64,000 bases of DNA, from the IMG/VR virus record IMGVR_UViG_3300027659_000024, one strand, 5' to 3'. Numbering within the stretch: position 1 is the first letter of the stretch; the number at the start of each line of letters is the position of its first letter. The position numbers and the translations under genes were made by a program. Of this stretch, positions 39,711-48,829 are shown one piece after another. The notes under the pieces were generated by a model. The model was not told where the DNA came from, did no database searches, and saw nothing but the letters and a program-made list of their open reading frames with translations. Source of the stretch: a virus. Taxonomy: Duplodnaviria; Heunggongvirae; Uroviricota; Caudoviricetes.

Positions 39711-40523
39711 ATGATTTATGTAGAAGGTGCAGATGTAGAGTATTTGAAGTTCAACGCAGGAGAACCACACGTTAAGGTTACAAATATCTCTAGTTACACA
39801 AACGTAGAGTGGGTGTTTGAAAATTTTGAAGAATTTATGAATCTTGCCATGATCGTTGATGTTCTAAACAGAAACAAGTCAAGTGTAGCATTGACTATGA
39901 GGTATGTTCCTTTTGCTAGACAAGACAGGGCTACAACTTCTAGTCAACCTTTCTCGTTAGAAGTTTTTTGTAATATGCTTAAAACACTGAAAATTGACGA
40001 ACTTTATTTCCATGATGTTCACAGTGAGGTGTTTGAAAAATTAATGAAAGGTTCTAAATTTGACATTCTTCCGTTTAAACAAGTTGAATGTTTTCAGGAA
40101 ACCCTCGATGACTTTTCTCAAGCGGCTGAAACATATGACTGTATTATTTCACCGGACAAAGGTGCTGTCAACAAGGCAATAGAAATTGCTATTCTTGAAG
40201 ATGTTCCGTTGGTTGAAGCAACAAAAACTCGTGATCCAGCTACAGGTGCTTTATCGAATCCTCAGATTGATTTTGGTGATCTAGAAGTTGGACGTGCAAT
40301 TATTGTAGATGATATATTAGATTTTGGGGGCACGTTTGTTCAGTTAGCTAGGGCAATTAAAGAACAAAAACCAGATGTCAAACTAGACCTTTATGTCACA
40401 CATGGTTTATTTGGTGGGGGTATTGAAAAATACAAAGGTTTGTTTGAAAACATTTATTGTTATAACATCATGAATAAGGAAATTAAAAGTGGAGATTTAC
40501 TTAACTTGTCAGGATTGTCCTGA
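39711..40523 (+). CDS. ribose-phosphate pyrophosphokinase family protein (Prs-like; possible ADPR-PP synthetase of an NAD+ reconstitution pathway)
   Basis: RYVPFARQDRA (like PYyGYARQDR), FHDVHS (like DLHA), IISPDKGAV, AIIVDDILDFGGT (PRPP-binding-loop style). 270 aa, shorter than cellular Prs. Confidence 0.75.
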   Translation: MIYVEGADVEYLKFNAGEPHVKVTNISSYTNVEWVFENFEEFMNLAMIVDVLNRNKSSVALTMRYVPFARQDRATTSSQPFSLEVFCNMLKTLKIDELYFHDVHSEVFEKLMKGSKFDILPFKQVECFQETLDDFSQAAETYDCIISPDKGAVNKAIEIAILEDVPLVEATKTRDPATGALSNPQIDFGDLEVGRAIIVDDILDFGGTFVQLARAIKEQKPDVKLDLYVTHGLFGGGIEKYKGLFENIYCYNIMNKEIKSGDLLNLSGLS

Positions 40524-41058
40524 TTATGAGGTATCAAATTTCGGTGAAGTCAGATCAAAAGATAGGGTTGTAATTAGATCTGACAATGGTGCCCCAATTC
40601 GTTATTATTCTAAATCAGTTAAACAATTTTTAGATAGGAGAGGTTATCCAAGGATTAGAGTAGTTGTAAATAAAGAAAAGAAAAGCTTTAGAGTTCATCG
40701 TCTTGTTGCTAAAGCTTTTTTGGATAATCCAGATAACAAACCGCAAGTCAATCATTTGGATGGAGTTAAGACAAACAACTATGTTGGAAACTTAGAGTGG
40801 GTAACTAACTCAGAGAATCAAATACACGCAAATGAATTAGGTTTAAGAACTTACAAAGAAGCCGAAGAGTCGATAGCCTTCACTGGTAGAGTAAAAGTTC
40901 TTGACATGCAAGGTAACTTTTTGTACTATTTGTCAGGTAACAAACAAATGAAAGACGCAGGTTTTGATTTTAGATTAGTAAGTGCAGTTTGTCTTGGTAA
41001 AAGACATTCCCACAAAGGTCACAAATTTATAAAGGAGAAAAATGATGAAAAGCTTTAA
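40489..41058 (+). CDS. HNH homing endonuclease (NUMOD4 plus HNH_3 type)
   Basis: NFGEVRS and VNHLDGVKTNNYVGNLEWVTNSEN. GTG start overlapping the 3' end of the Prs-like gene. Confidence 0.65.
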   Translation: MEIYLTCQDCPDYEVSNFGEVRSKDRVVIRSDNGAPIRYYSKSVKQFLDRRGYPRIRVVVNKEKKSFRVHRLVAKAFLDNPDNKPQVNHLDGVKTNNYVGNLEWVTNSENQIHANELGLRTYKEAEESIAFTGRVKVLDMQGNFLYYLSGNKQMKDAGFDFRLVSAVCLGKRHSHKGHKFIKEKNDEKL

Positions 41059-42553
41059 AATTAACCCAATGATCGCGGTGGATTCATATAAGATTTCACA
41101 CCGCAAAATGTATCCAGAAGGTACTACTGTAGTTTACAGCAACATGACACCTCGTTCTGGTAAACTTCTAAAACGAATTGTTCCTTCTTCAATCTACGAT
41201 GACAAAATGGTTCATTACGGTCTTCAAGGTCTTTTGATGCATTATATTGGTTTGTGGAATGAAAATTTTTTCGGTGTATCTCAGACGGATGCTGTAAGTT
41301 GGTATTCCCGGACTGTACCTCCGTTCGTAGGTGCAACAGAAGTACAGGTAGATCAGGTTGTAGCTTTGCACAAACTAGGGTTTCTACCTTTATTGATTCG
41401 TGGTCTACCTGAAGGTTCGGTAGTACCTTTTAAAGTACCTGTGTTTACTGTAGAAAACACTCTTGACGAATTTTATTGGTTGACAAACTATACAGAAACC
41501 TACTTCAGTAACGAATACTGGAAAGGTGCAACTGTAGCCACAATCGCTCGTTACTACCGAATTCTACTTGAGAAATACGCAGTAGAAACTGGTTGTCCTT
41601 TAGATTTTGTAGACTTCCAAGCTCATGATTTTAGCTGCCGTGGTATGAGTGGTATGCACGATTCTGCTACTTCTGGTTCAGGTCATTTGGTTTACTTCAA
41701 AGGTACTGATACGTTGTTGGCTGTAGATTATGCAAAGTATGCCTATGATGCAGACAAGGAACCTCTGATCGCTTGTAGTGTACCTGCAACAGAACACAGC
41801 GTAATGACTGCTGGTGGTCGTGAAGGTGAGTTTGATTTGTTTAATCGGATTATTACAGAAGTAGTACCCAATGGTATCGTATCGGTAGTCTCTGATTCAT
41901 TTGACTTTTGGAAAGTTATGACAGAGTTTACTGTAAAACTTAAAGATGATATTCTGGCTCGTGGTAAAGATCCGATTACAGGTTTGAGTAAGGTCGTATT
42001 CCGTCCTGACTCAGGGGATCCTGTTAAGATTGTTTGTGGTGATAAGGATGGTAAAACCGAAGCAGAAGTCAAAGGCGCAATCGAATGTCTATGGGATGTA
42101 TTTGGTGGTACAATCAACGAAAAAGGATTCAAGGTGCTCTCAGATCGTGTAGGGTTGATCTACGGTGACAGTATTACTTTAGAACGCGCTGAAGCGATTC
42201 TAGAAGGTCTGAAATCCAAAGGTTTCTGTACAAGTTGTATCGTGTTCGGTGTTGGTAGTTTTACCTATCAGTACATGACTCGTGATACACTGGGTTTAGC
42301 TATCAAAGCTACTTACTGTGAAGTACAAGGAGAAGGTCGAGAAATCTTCAAAGATCCTGCTACAGATGACGGTACAAAGAAGTCATCTAAAGGTTTGCTG
42401 AAAGTAATAAAAGATGGTTCAGGCACACTGCTTTTACAAGATCAGGTTACTTACAACGATACTTTCCAAGGTGAATTGCAAACGGTTTTTTCAGATGGTA
42501 AGTTTGTGAATACGACAGACTTGACAAGTATTCGTGAAATAGCCAAGATTTAA
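41042..42553 (+). CDS. nicotinamide phosphoribosyltransferase family (NAMPT/NadV-like; alternatively a Namat-type enzyme)
   Basis: DSYKISH, FTVENT...YWLTNY, HDFSCRGMS, FKGTDT, VPATEHS, VVSDSFD, RPDSGDP, IYGDS, VFGVGS, FKDPATDDGTKKSSKG. Near full-length collinearity with NAMPT. Confidence 0.85.
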   Translation: MMKSFKINPMIAVDSYKISHRKMYPEGTTVVYSNMTPRSGKLLKRIVPSSIYDDKMVHYGLQGLLMHYIGLWNENFFGVSQTDAVSWYSRTVPPFVGATEVQVDQVVALHKLGFLPLLIRGLPEGSVVPFKVPVFTVENTLDEFYWLTNYTETYFSNEYWKGATVATIARYYRILLEKYAVETGCPLDFVDFQAHDFSCRGMSGMHDSATSGSGHLVYFKGTDTLLAVDYAKYAYDADKEPLIACSVPATEHSVMTAGGREGEFDLFNRIITEVVPNGIVSVVSDSFDFWKVMTEFTVKLKDDILARGKDPITGLSKVVFRPDSGDPVKIVCGDKDGKTEAEVKGAIECLWDVFGGTINEKGFKVLSDRVGLIYGDSITLERAEAILEGLKSKGFCTSCIVFGVGSFTYQYMTRDTLGLAIKATYCEVQGEGREIFKDPATDDGTKKSSKGLLKVIKDGSGTLLLQDQVTYNDTFQGELQTVFSDGKFVNTTDLTSIREIAKI

Positions 42554-42580
42554 TTATTGAAATTAAAAGGAGAATACCGA

Positions 42581-43039
42581 ATGAATTTTTTTAATGAAAC
42601 TGGAGCCTACAGAGATGAAGAAGACGGAGTTCTTCTTAGGAACACTTTCATTTTCCTTCGTGGAGGTGAAATGGGGCTGACTGCACATCTGTACGGAAAC
42701 ACTTCTGTAGGTACACCTCAAGTGTGTTCTCCTTTGCGATCTTACGAAAATCTCGAAGATAAGTTTGTTTTTACAACAAGGAGTTACAACAAATACGTTG
42801 TTTACAAAGATCAAATCAGACCTGCAAACGAAGATTCAATTAATTTTTTAAAAATCTTCTTGACAGATTGGTTAGGTGTAGATAAAGTAATGAAAGTACT
42901 TGATGATTCAGAAGTACCTGAGATTCCTTTTTGGGATAAAGCACCTCACCCTTCAGAAGTACAGATTTACGGAATCAAACAGTATAATTTTGAAGATAAA
43001 TTTAAAGGTTCTAAAAACCCTAAAGGAGACAAATCATGA
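42581..43039 (+). CDS. hypothetical protein
   Basis: SD AAAGGAGAA before ATG 42581. Confidence 0.5.
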   Translation: MNFFNETGAYRDEEDGVLLRNTFIFLRGGEMGLTAHLYGNTSVGTPQVCSPLRSYENLEDKFVFTTRSYNKYVVYKDQIRPANEDSINFLKIFLTDWLGVDKVMKVLDDSEVPEIPFWDKAPHPSEVQIYGIKQYNFEDKFKGSKNPKGDKS

Positions 43040-43147
43040 TGTGGATTTTGCATATTGCAGCAGTGCTTTTCTTTTTACCCGCTTTATTCATAACGATTCC
43101 TGCCCATTTAATTATAAATACGCAGAAGAACAAAGGAGGTTGATTGC

Positions 43148-43459
43148 ATGTTTACACGAGAAAAAATAAAAGAGTTGTTACCTGTTTTACAAGCTTATGC
43201 TGAAGGTAAAGTTATTCAAATTAAAAACCTTGATGGGACTTGGCGAGACGTTTTATATGACCCTTCTTTTACAGATTTTCCTTCAAATTACAGAGTAAAA
43301 CCAGATACTAAACAAATGGTTACCCTAGTGTATGACGTTAAAGAAGGTGATGTCACGAGTATTTCTTGTACATTAGGAGAGTTATCTGATGTTGTAAACG
43401 GGTGGTATAAACCTTTTAAACTTATTAAAGAATTCCACTGGGAAATGGAGGTACAATGA
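43148..43459 (+). CDS. hypothetical protein (paralog family with 43801 and 55736)
   Basis: Shares LPxxQAxAxGxxIxxKN..G.W with 55736 and the C-terminal ...EFHWEMEV with 43801. Confidence 0.5.
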   Translation: MFTREKIKELLPVLQAYAEGKVIQIKNLDGTWRDVLYDPSFTDFPSNYRVKPDTKQMVTLVYDVKEGDVTSISCTLGELSDVVNGWYKPFKLIKEFHWEMEVQ

Positions 43460-43638
43460 TTCAACTCACTGATCAAGAAAAGATGACAATCGTTAGTCAC
43501 TCTGATTTATTACAAATGTTTGAACACATTGGATGGTATTCATCACCAAAAGCTAGTTTTGTAAAAAACTCCAAATTACTTATTGATGAAGTTCAAAAAG
43601 CTCTTGCCGAGAAGAACAAAAAAGGAGAATTCAAATGA
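43456..43638 (+). CDS. hypothetical protein
   Basis: SD GGAGGTACA. Confidence 0.45.
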   Translation: MIQLTDQEKMTIVSHSDLLQMFEHIGWYSSPKASFVKNSKLLIDEVQKALAEKNKKGEFK

Positions 43639-43797
43639 GTAAGTATTTTACAGTATCACACACTTATGTTCGTAAACTTAAATGGGAATTCTGTACAGAT
43701 GCTTGTACTTTTGTTTCACAAATCTTTTTGAATGAATACTTGACAAAAGCACAAGAACGTGTAAAATCTAGAATGTCTGAATTGAAAAGGATGTAAA
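43636..43797 (+). CDS. small hypothetical protein (53 aa, Cys-containing)
   Basis: ORF not in the supplied track. SD AAAGGAGAATTCAA. Confidence 0.3.
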
Positions 43798-43800
43798 GAA

Positions 43801-44022
43801 ATGAACAACACTAAAAAATCTTTTATAGTAGGACATGTTTCTCAGTTGTATGAACTTGAAAGAAAGAAAATGGTTACACTGGTTTTTCAGGGCGACTATG
43901 TTGTTTACCAGATAGTTACAAGAACTGTTAATATAGAGTATAGACAGGAAGTAATAGAGGAACTCTCTTCACAATATAAACTTCTCAGAGAATTTTATTG
44001 GGATCTTGAGGTTAGTAAATGA
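43801..44022 (+). CDS. hypothetical protein (paralog of 43148 C-terminal region)
   Basis: KKMVTLVFQGD...REFYWDLEV versus KQMVTLVYDV...KEFHWEMEV. Confidence 0.45.
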   Translation: MNNTKKSFIVGHVSQLYELERKKMVTLVFQGDYVVYQIVTRTVNIEYRQEVIEELSSQYKLLREFYWDLEVSK

Positions 44023-44239
44023 GCCAATGTAAAAACTGTAATAGGCAGATTGGGTGGTTAGGCAAAGTTATATTTCCTTGGTTACATTGTTGGGTAAATA
44101 ATTGTCGAAGACAAAAGGAGGCAACTAAATGAATCACTTACTTGAAATTGAAAGAAACGCAGAAGGTAGTCACTTGGCTTATTTATCGCCGAAAAATCCA
44201 AGCTTTAACTAAAAAAGCTTTATCATAGAGGATTAAAAA

Positions 44240-44755
44240 TTGAAACCAATCAAGTACTTTCTTTTTACTTTATTTTTGAGTTTAGTAGGAATACCTAAGA
44301 TTGCTACACCGGAAGAATTTAAATTTCCTGACATCTTTATTTCAGATAAAGAAATGTACTGTCTCACGGAATCCTTATATTTTGAAGCAAGAAACCAAGT
44401 CGATGGGGGCGTGTTAGCTGTAGCAAAGGTTATTCTCAATAGAAGAGATTCTAAACGATTTCCTAATAGCATTTGTGGGGTAATTAATCAACAGTTAAAG
44501 AAAGGTATTTGGCAATTCAGCTACAAAGGTTTTGGCAAACCTAAAAAACTTATAGTTAATGATAAAAAGTCTTGGCGAAGAATGCAAAAGATTGCTAGAA
44601 TGTCTTTACTGATTCACGCTTCAGGTTGGAATTTTTTAGATAATGCACAGTACTACTACAATCCTAAGTTGGCTAACCCATCTTGGTCTAAAAGTAAAAA
44701 GTTAAAGTACGTTGGTACTTATGGGGATCATAGGTTTTTGACTAGAGTTAAATAA
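44240..44755 (+). CDS. secreted cell-wall hydrolase, SleB/Hydrolase_2-like
   Basis: Signal peptide followed by LYFEARNQVDGGVLAVAKVILNRRDSKRFPNSICGVINQ...QFS. TTG start with SD GAGGA. Confidence 0.55.
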   Translation: MKPIKYFLFTLFLSLVGIPKIATPEEFKFPDIFISDKEMYCLTESLYFEARNQVDGGVLAVAKVILNRRDSKRFPNSICGVINQQLKKGIWQFSYKGFGKPKKLIVNDKKSWRRMQKIARMSLLIHASGWNFLDNAQYYYNPKLANPSWSKSKKLKYVGTYGDHRFLTRVK

Positions 44756-44763
44756 GGGGGCTA

Positions 44764-44982
44764 ATGATGAACTCAGTTTGGGTTTTAACACAAGAATACA
44801 ATCTATACGATCAAATGGGAGAGTATTTTTTAGCTGTTTTTCCTAAAAAACCAACTCACGATGACATTAAGGAGTTTACAGAAAAAATTTCAGAATACAA
44901 TGATTGGTTAATACAGACTGGTGGAGGGAGAATTCATTACGAGGACTATTGGTTTAATCTCAGAGAAATTGTTTTTAACTAG
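44764..44982 (+). CDS. hypothetical protein
   Basis: SD AAGGGGG. Confidence 0.45.
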   Translation: MMNSVWVLTQEYNLYDQMGEYFLAVFPKKPTHDDIKEFTEKISEYNDWLIQTGGGRIHYEDYWFNLREIVFN

Positions 44983-45013
44983 AGTTAAATAAAATAAAAG
45001 GAGGTAAGAGTTC

Positions 45014-45304
45014 GTGTCAAATTTTATTTTACCCGTAAACTACACAATAATAGATCAAAACACAAGGCGCATGGTGAGGCTCCAGTATATTGAAGAACAA
45101 AAAGGTCTTTGTTGGTACTGTAAAAAAGAACTTGAGAAAAATCCTTCAAGTAAAATAATGTCATCTTGGATAAACAAAAGACTATTTCCTGTTAACTTTT
45201 TCAAATACCCTGTTCATTTACATCACGATCATGAGACGGGAATGACAATAGGTGCAGTTCATTCAAAATGTAATGCTTATTTGTGGCAATATTTAGGAGA
45301 GTAA
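45014..45304 (+). CDS. endonuclease VII/HNH-like small nuclease
   Basis: GLCWYCKKEL...HLHHDHETGMTIGAVHSKCN. Confidence 0.55.
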   Translation: MSNFILPVNYTIIDQNTRRMVRLQYIEEQKGLCWYCKKELEKNPSSKIMSSWINKRLFPVNFFKYPVHLHHDHETGMTIGAVHSKCNAYLWQYLGE

Positions 45305-45576
45305 TATGTGTCAAATGAAGAAAAAACAGGCGGTAAATCGTGGGTAAAATAAAAAATTTCATCATTCAAGCACTTGACAACAATGAAGACCCTGTGTATT
45401 CTTTGTCTCAATTGAAGAAATTCAAACAGGAGCAAATAATTTACAATGAAAAAGAAAAAAGCAAAAAGGAGGAACCCAGTAGCAAAGGATCTTTTGACAA
45501 ACCCTTTGTATAAACCCAGAAGAGAAGTACCGTGTAAAAAACCCAAACGTAAACACAAACACAAGGAGATTGCACC

Positions 45577-45954
45577 ATGAGCAAAAACCCACACAACAAC
45601 CCTTATCTTGAGAAGTTTGCTAAGGTGTTTACCACTGGTTTGTATATTTCAGTGTTTATAGGTTTGATTTTTCTTACTGTATTTTACACGGTAAAGGCAA
45701 AAGCTGATATGGAAGTACGACCTGTGCCTGCTTTGTGTGGTCCCTATCAGAATTTAATTGTTGACATTCAGGAGGGGCGTTTATCGCCTGTAGTTACAGA
45801 AGAGGTTATTATATTTACACCACGAGGTTCTGGTACTGTTAGTTATGTAAAAACAGTTGACAAATATAACAACACGTATCATACTATAGTTGATTCAGAA
45901 GGTTTAGCTTGTCTTTTGTTTGTACAAAAAGGTAAAGAATCTGAGTCAAATTAA
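45577..45954 (+). CDS. membrane-anchored protein (N-terminal TM plus beta-rich domain; NfeD-like?)
   Basis: TM helix LYISVFIGLIFLTVFYTV. SD ACAAGGAGA. Confidence 0.45.
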   Translation: MSKNPHNNPYLEKFAKVFTTGLYISVFIGLIFLTVFYTVKAKADMEVRPVPALCGPYQNLIVDIQEGRLSPVVTEEVIIFTPRGSGTVSYVKTVDKYNNTYHTIVDSEGLACLLFVQKGKESESN

Positions 45955-45986
45955 AAACTTTAATTTTTAAATAAAAAGGAGGTTGT

Positions 45987-46199
45987 GTGAAAAATTCAAC
46001 AATACTCAGGACATTACTCGCTTTTCTGTACTATGTAGTAATTGTAGGCTTTATTGTTCCCAGTTTGATTTCGGATAAATCTACAATATCGTTTATTTTA
46101 GGTGCAGGTATCTTGATTTTATCTTTAGTTGTACCAGTATTGTATTTTAACCGAAAGACTGATGACGTAAAAATTAACAACCAAAAGGAGAATAACTAA
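45987..46199 (+). CDS. small membrane protein (2 TM)
   Basis: GTG start with SD AAAAGGAGG. Stop overlaps the SPFH gene start. Confidence 0.45.
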   Translation: MKNSTILRTLLAFLYYVVIVGFIVPSLISDKSTISFILGAGILILSLVVPVLYFNRKTDDVKINNQKENN

Positions 46200-47032
46200 T
46201 GAATTTTAAAAAGATCTTTGTAATCCTGTCTGTGCTTGCTCTAGCAGCGTGTTCTAAAGTACCAGCAGGCAATGTAGGTGTAATGTTTGATTTGTACGGT
46301 GGTGACAAGGGTGTTACTGGTCAAGTAGTTGGGCCGGGAAAATATTGGCTTGGTTGGAACGAAGAAATCTATCTGTTTCCTACTTTCACTCAAAGCTACA
46401 CTTGGGCACAAACAAAAAATGAAAATGAGTCGATTACCTTCCAAGACAAAGAAGGTATTGCTTTAAATGCTGATTTTGGTATTTCCTACGCAATTCAGGC
46501 AGAAAGTGCAGACGATGTGTTTCAAAAGTACCGCAAAGGTGTAGATGAACTTACCGATGTTGTTCTCCGAAACATGGTACGTGATGCGCTAAATAAAAAT
46601 GCTTCAACAATGGATGCTGAATCTATTTTTGGGTCAGGTAAGACAGAGTTGGTAAACAAGGTTCAAGCTGATGTTCAGGAACAAGTGAAGCCTTTGGGTA
46701 TTATAATTGAGAAGATTTACTTGATTGGATCTGTTCGATTACCTGAGAGCCTAATGAAAGCAATTAATGCCAAAATCGAAGCTACTCAACGTGCCCAACA
46801 ACGCGAAAATGAATTGCAAACAGCAGCAGCGCAGGCCCAGATTGAGCGTGAAAAGGCTCGTGGTGAAGCAGATGCTCGACTGATTCAAGCAGAAGGTCAA
46901 GCAAAGGCCAACAAGTTGTTGTCGGAGTCTTTGACGGATCGTTTGGTTGAATATCGAGCACTAGAAGTATGGGATGGTAAGTTGCCTCAAGTATCCGGTG
47001 GTTCTACACCTTTCGTAGATCTTCGAAAATAA
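46199..47032 (+). CDS. SPFH/band-7 (HflC/QmcA-like) lipoprotein
   Basis: Lipobox LAACS, SPFH core, and a C-terminal AQ-rich coiled coil (QRAQQRENELQTAAAQAQIEREKARGEADARLIQAEGQA). Confidence 0.75.
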   Translation: MNFKKIFVILSVLALAACSKVPAGNVGVMFDLYGGDKGVTGQVVGPGKYWLGWNEEIYLFPTFTQSYTWAQTKNENESITFQDKEGIALNADFGISYAIQAESADDVFQKYRKGVDELTDVVLRNMVRDALNKNASTMDAESIFGSGKTELVNKVQADVQEQVKPLGIIIEKIYLIGSVRLPESLMKAINAKIEATQRAQQRENELQTAAAQAQIEREKARGEADARLIQAEGQAKANKLLSESLTDRLVEYRALEVWDGKLPQVSGGSTPFVDLRK

Positions 47033-47051
47033 TTTGAAATAAAACAAATAG

Positions 47052-47080
47052 ACCTCTTGCTTTTATCGGCAAGAGGTTTT
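47052..47080 (+). terminator. rho-independent terminator
   Basis: ACCTCTTGC-loop-GCAAGAGGT followed by TTTTAT. Confidence 0.65.
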
Positions 47081-47117
47081 ATAATTTGGTCATGTTCAAA
47101 ACTTAAGGAGATATCAA

Positions 47118-47378
47118 ATGGAGCTTTTTGTGTATAAGTTTCACCATAAGAACAGTAAACTGCACGTTCTTGCAGCACTGAAAGGTTTTGCATATATTTT
47201 AGATGGAATAATTATTTTAATTACATTGGGGTTTTATTTTGGTAGTTTTACCAACTTTGTTTCACACTTGCAGATGAAAGAGTACATTGCCGTACAGAAA
47301 CAAAAAAGCTTAGTACAAAAAAAAAGTAAACATAAAGGAGAAACTTATGCGCAAAATGGCAAGAGTAGTAAAAATTGA
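47118..47378 (+). CDS. small membrane protein
   Basis: SD TAAGGAGATAT. One TM helix. Confidence 0.4.
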   Translation: MELFVYKFHHKNSKLHVLAALKGFAYILDGIIILITLGFYFGSFTNFVSHLQMKEYIAVQKQKSLVQKKSKHKGETYAQNGKSSKN

Positions 47379-48432
47379 TAATGTAATTAAGCACCCGAAC
47401 GCTGATGCTTTGGATTTGTTTTTCATTGGCGGTTGGCAAGTTGTTGCTAAAACTGGAGATTACAAAACTGGAGATTTAGCAATATTTTGCGAAGTCGATT
47501 CATTTGTACCAACAGAAGTTGCACCTTTCTTGACTCGTGAAGGATCAGAACCCAAAGAATACAATGGTATCAAAGGTGAACGTCTGAAAACAATTCGTTT
47601 GCGTGGTGAATTGTCTCAGGGTTTGTTGCTGAGCATCGCTTCGCAACCAAAAGTAGATGTTCGTTTGGGTGAAATTGTTGTGAAGTCTAACAAACAAAAT
47701 TTTAACATGGAGACTCTGATTGATGAAGACGTTTCAGAACTCCTTGGAGTCATCAAATGGGAACGCCCAGAGTTGGGTACTGGTGCTAAACTGGGCGGTA
47801 ATCCTAAAGGTAATTTCCCTAGTGAATTCCCAAAGACAGATCAGGAACGCATCCAGAACCTTTCTCGTAAGCTTGAACAATGGATTGAATCTGGAGAAGA
47901 GTTTGAGGTTACCGAAAAGCTTGAAGGATCGAGCATGACTTGTTATTTGATGCGGGATGGTACTTTTGGTGTATGCTCTCGTAATCTAGATTTGAAACGT
48001 GATAAAAATAATACTTTTTGGTCTACCGCTATTGAGTTTGATGTTGAATCAAAGATGAAAGACCACTTTGGGGAAGTTCCGGAGGTATCTGTAGCTTTGC
48101 AGGGTGAATTGATTGGTCCCGGAATCCAAGGTAATATTTACAAACTAGAAGATTACGAGTTTAGAGTTTTCGACATTGTAGAGGGAGGAGGTAAATACTT
48201 ACTTCCTGAACAACGCAGAAAAATTATTCGGCTGATGGATCTCCCTCATGTCCCAGTGGTTTCAAAAAGCTACCCTGCTCTATCTATGGGAGAAATGTTA
48301 GAGTTTGCTGAGGGCACTACTCAACTTACAACTAAGAAAGCTTCTCGTGAAGGTTTGGTATTTAAAAGCTTGACAAATCCAAATAACTCATTTAAGGTGA
48401 TCAGCAACGAGTATCTTTTGAAACAAAAATAA
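47347..48432 (+). CDS. ATP-dependent RNA ligase-like nucleotidyltransferase fused to N-terminal tRNA-binding (Myf/EMAP-type OB) domain
   Basis: N-terminal VIKHPNADALDLFFIGGWQVVAKTGDYKTGDLAIFCEV...LRGELSQGLLLS (PheT/MetRS tRNA_bind-like). Ligase motif I KLEGSS, motif III-like LQGELIG, motif IV EGLVFK, motif V LLKQK. Confidence 0.6.
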   Translation: MRKMARVVKIDNVIKHPNADALDLFFIGGWQVVAKTGDYKTGDLAIFCEVDSFVPTEVAPFLTREGSEPKEYNGIKGERLKTIRLRGELSQGLLLSIASQPKVDVRLGEIVVKSNKQNFNMETLIDEDVSELLGVIKWERPELGTGAKLGGNPKGNFPSEFPKTDQERIQNLSRKLEQWIESGEEFEVTEKLEGSSMTCYLMRDGTFGVCSRNLDLKRDKNNTFWSTAIEFDVESKMKDHFGEVPEVSVALQGELIGPGIQGNIYKLEDYEFRVFDIVEGGGKYLLPEQRRKIIRLMDLPHVPVVSKSYPALSMGEMLEFAEGTTQLTTKKASREGLVFKSLTNPNNSFKVISNEYLLKQK

Positions 48433-48443
48433 AGGAGAAACTA

Positions 48444-48593
48444 ATGGAACAAGATAAATTTGAAGAGATGATTCGGAAATACTTAGAAGACAATCTTAAA
48501 ATAAGTATTCGAGAAAAATACGGTTGGGAAGGCAAATATCTTGAGGTTAAAATTTTTCTAGGCAACGATGTAATTGCTCAGTCAGAAACTTAA
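48444..48593 (+). CDS. small hypothetical protein (49 aa)
   Basis: ORF not in the supplied track. SD AAAGGAGAAA. Confidence 0.3.
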   Translation: MEQDKFEEMIRKYLEDNLKISIREKYGWEGKYLEVKIFLGNDVIAQSET

Positions 48594-48607
48594 AGGAGAA
48601 TAAAATT

Positions 48608-48829
48608 TTGGAAATATATATTGTTTGTTTTGTAATTACAATGATGATTAATTGTGTTTGTTTGAGGAAAGGATACTACAGGTCAAACTGTGACGATACT
48701 CAGGAACCAACAATATTTATCGTATTGACCATTTTTTCCTTTATTCCTTTTATAAATTTTATGCTAGCTTTCGTTGGTGTTTTTGGTGGTGGGGCATGGT
48801 TTCTTTATAATTTAATCAAGAAGGAATGA
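48608..48829 (+). CDS. small membrane protein
   Basis: TTG start with SD AAAGGAGAA. Two hydrophobic helices. Confidence 0.4.
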   Translation: MEIYIVCFVITMMINCVCLRKGYYRSNCDDTQEPTIFIVLTIFSFIPFINFMLAFVGVFGGGAWFLYNLIKKE

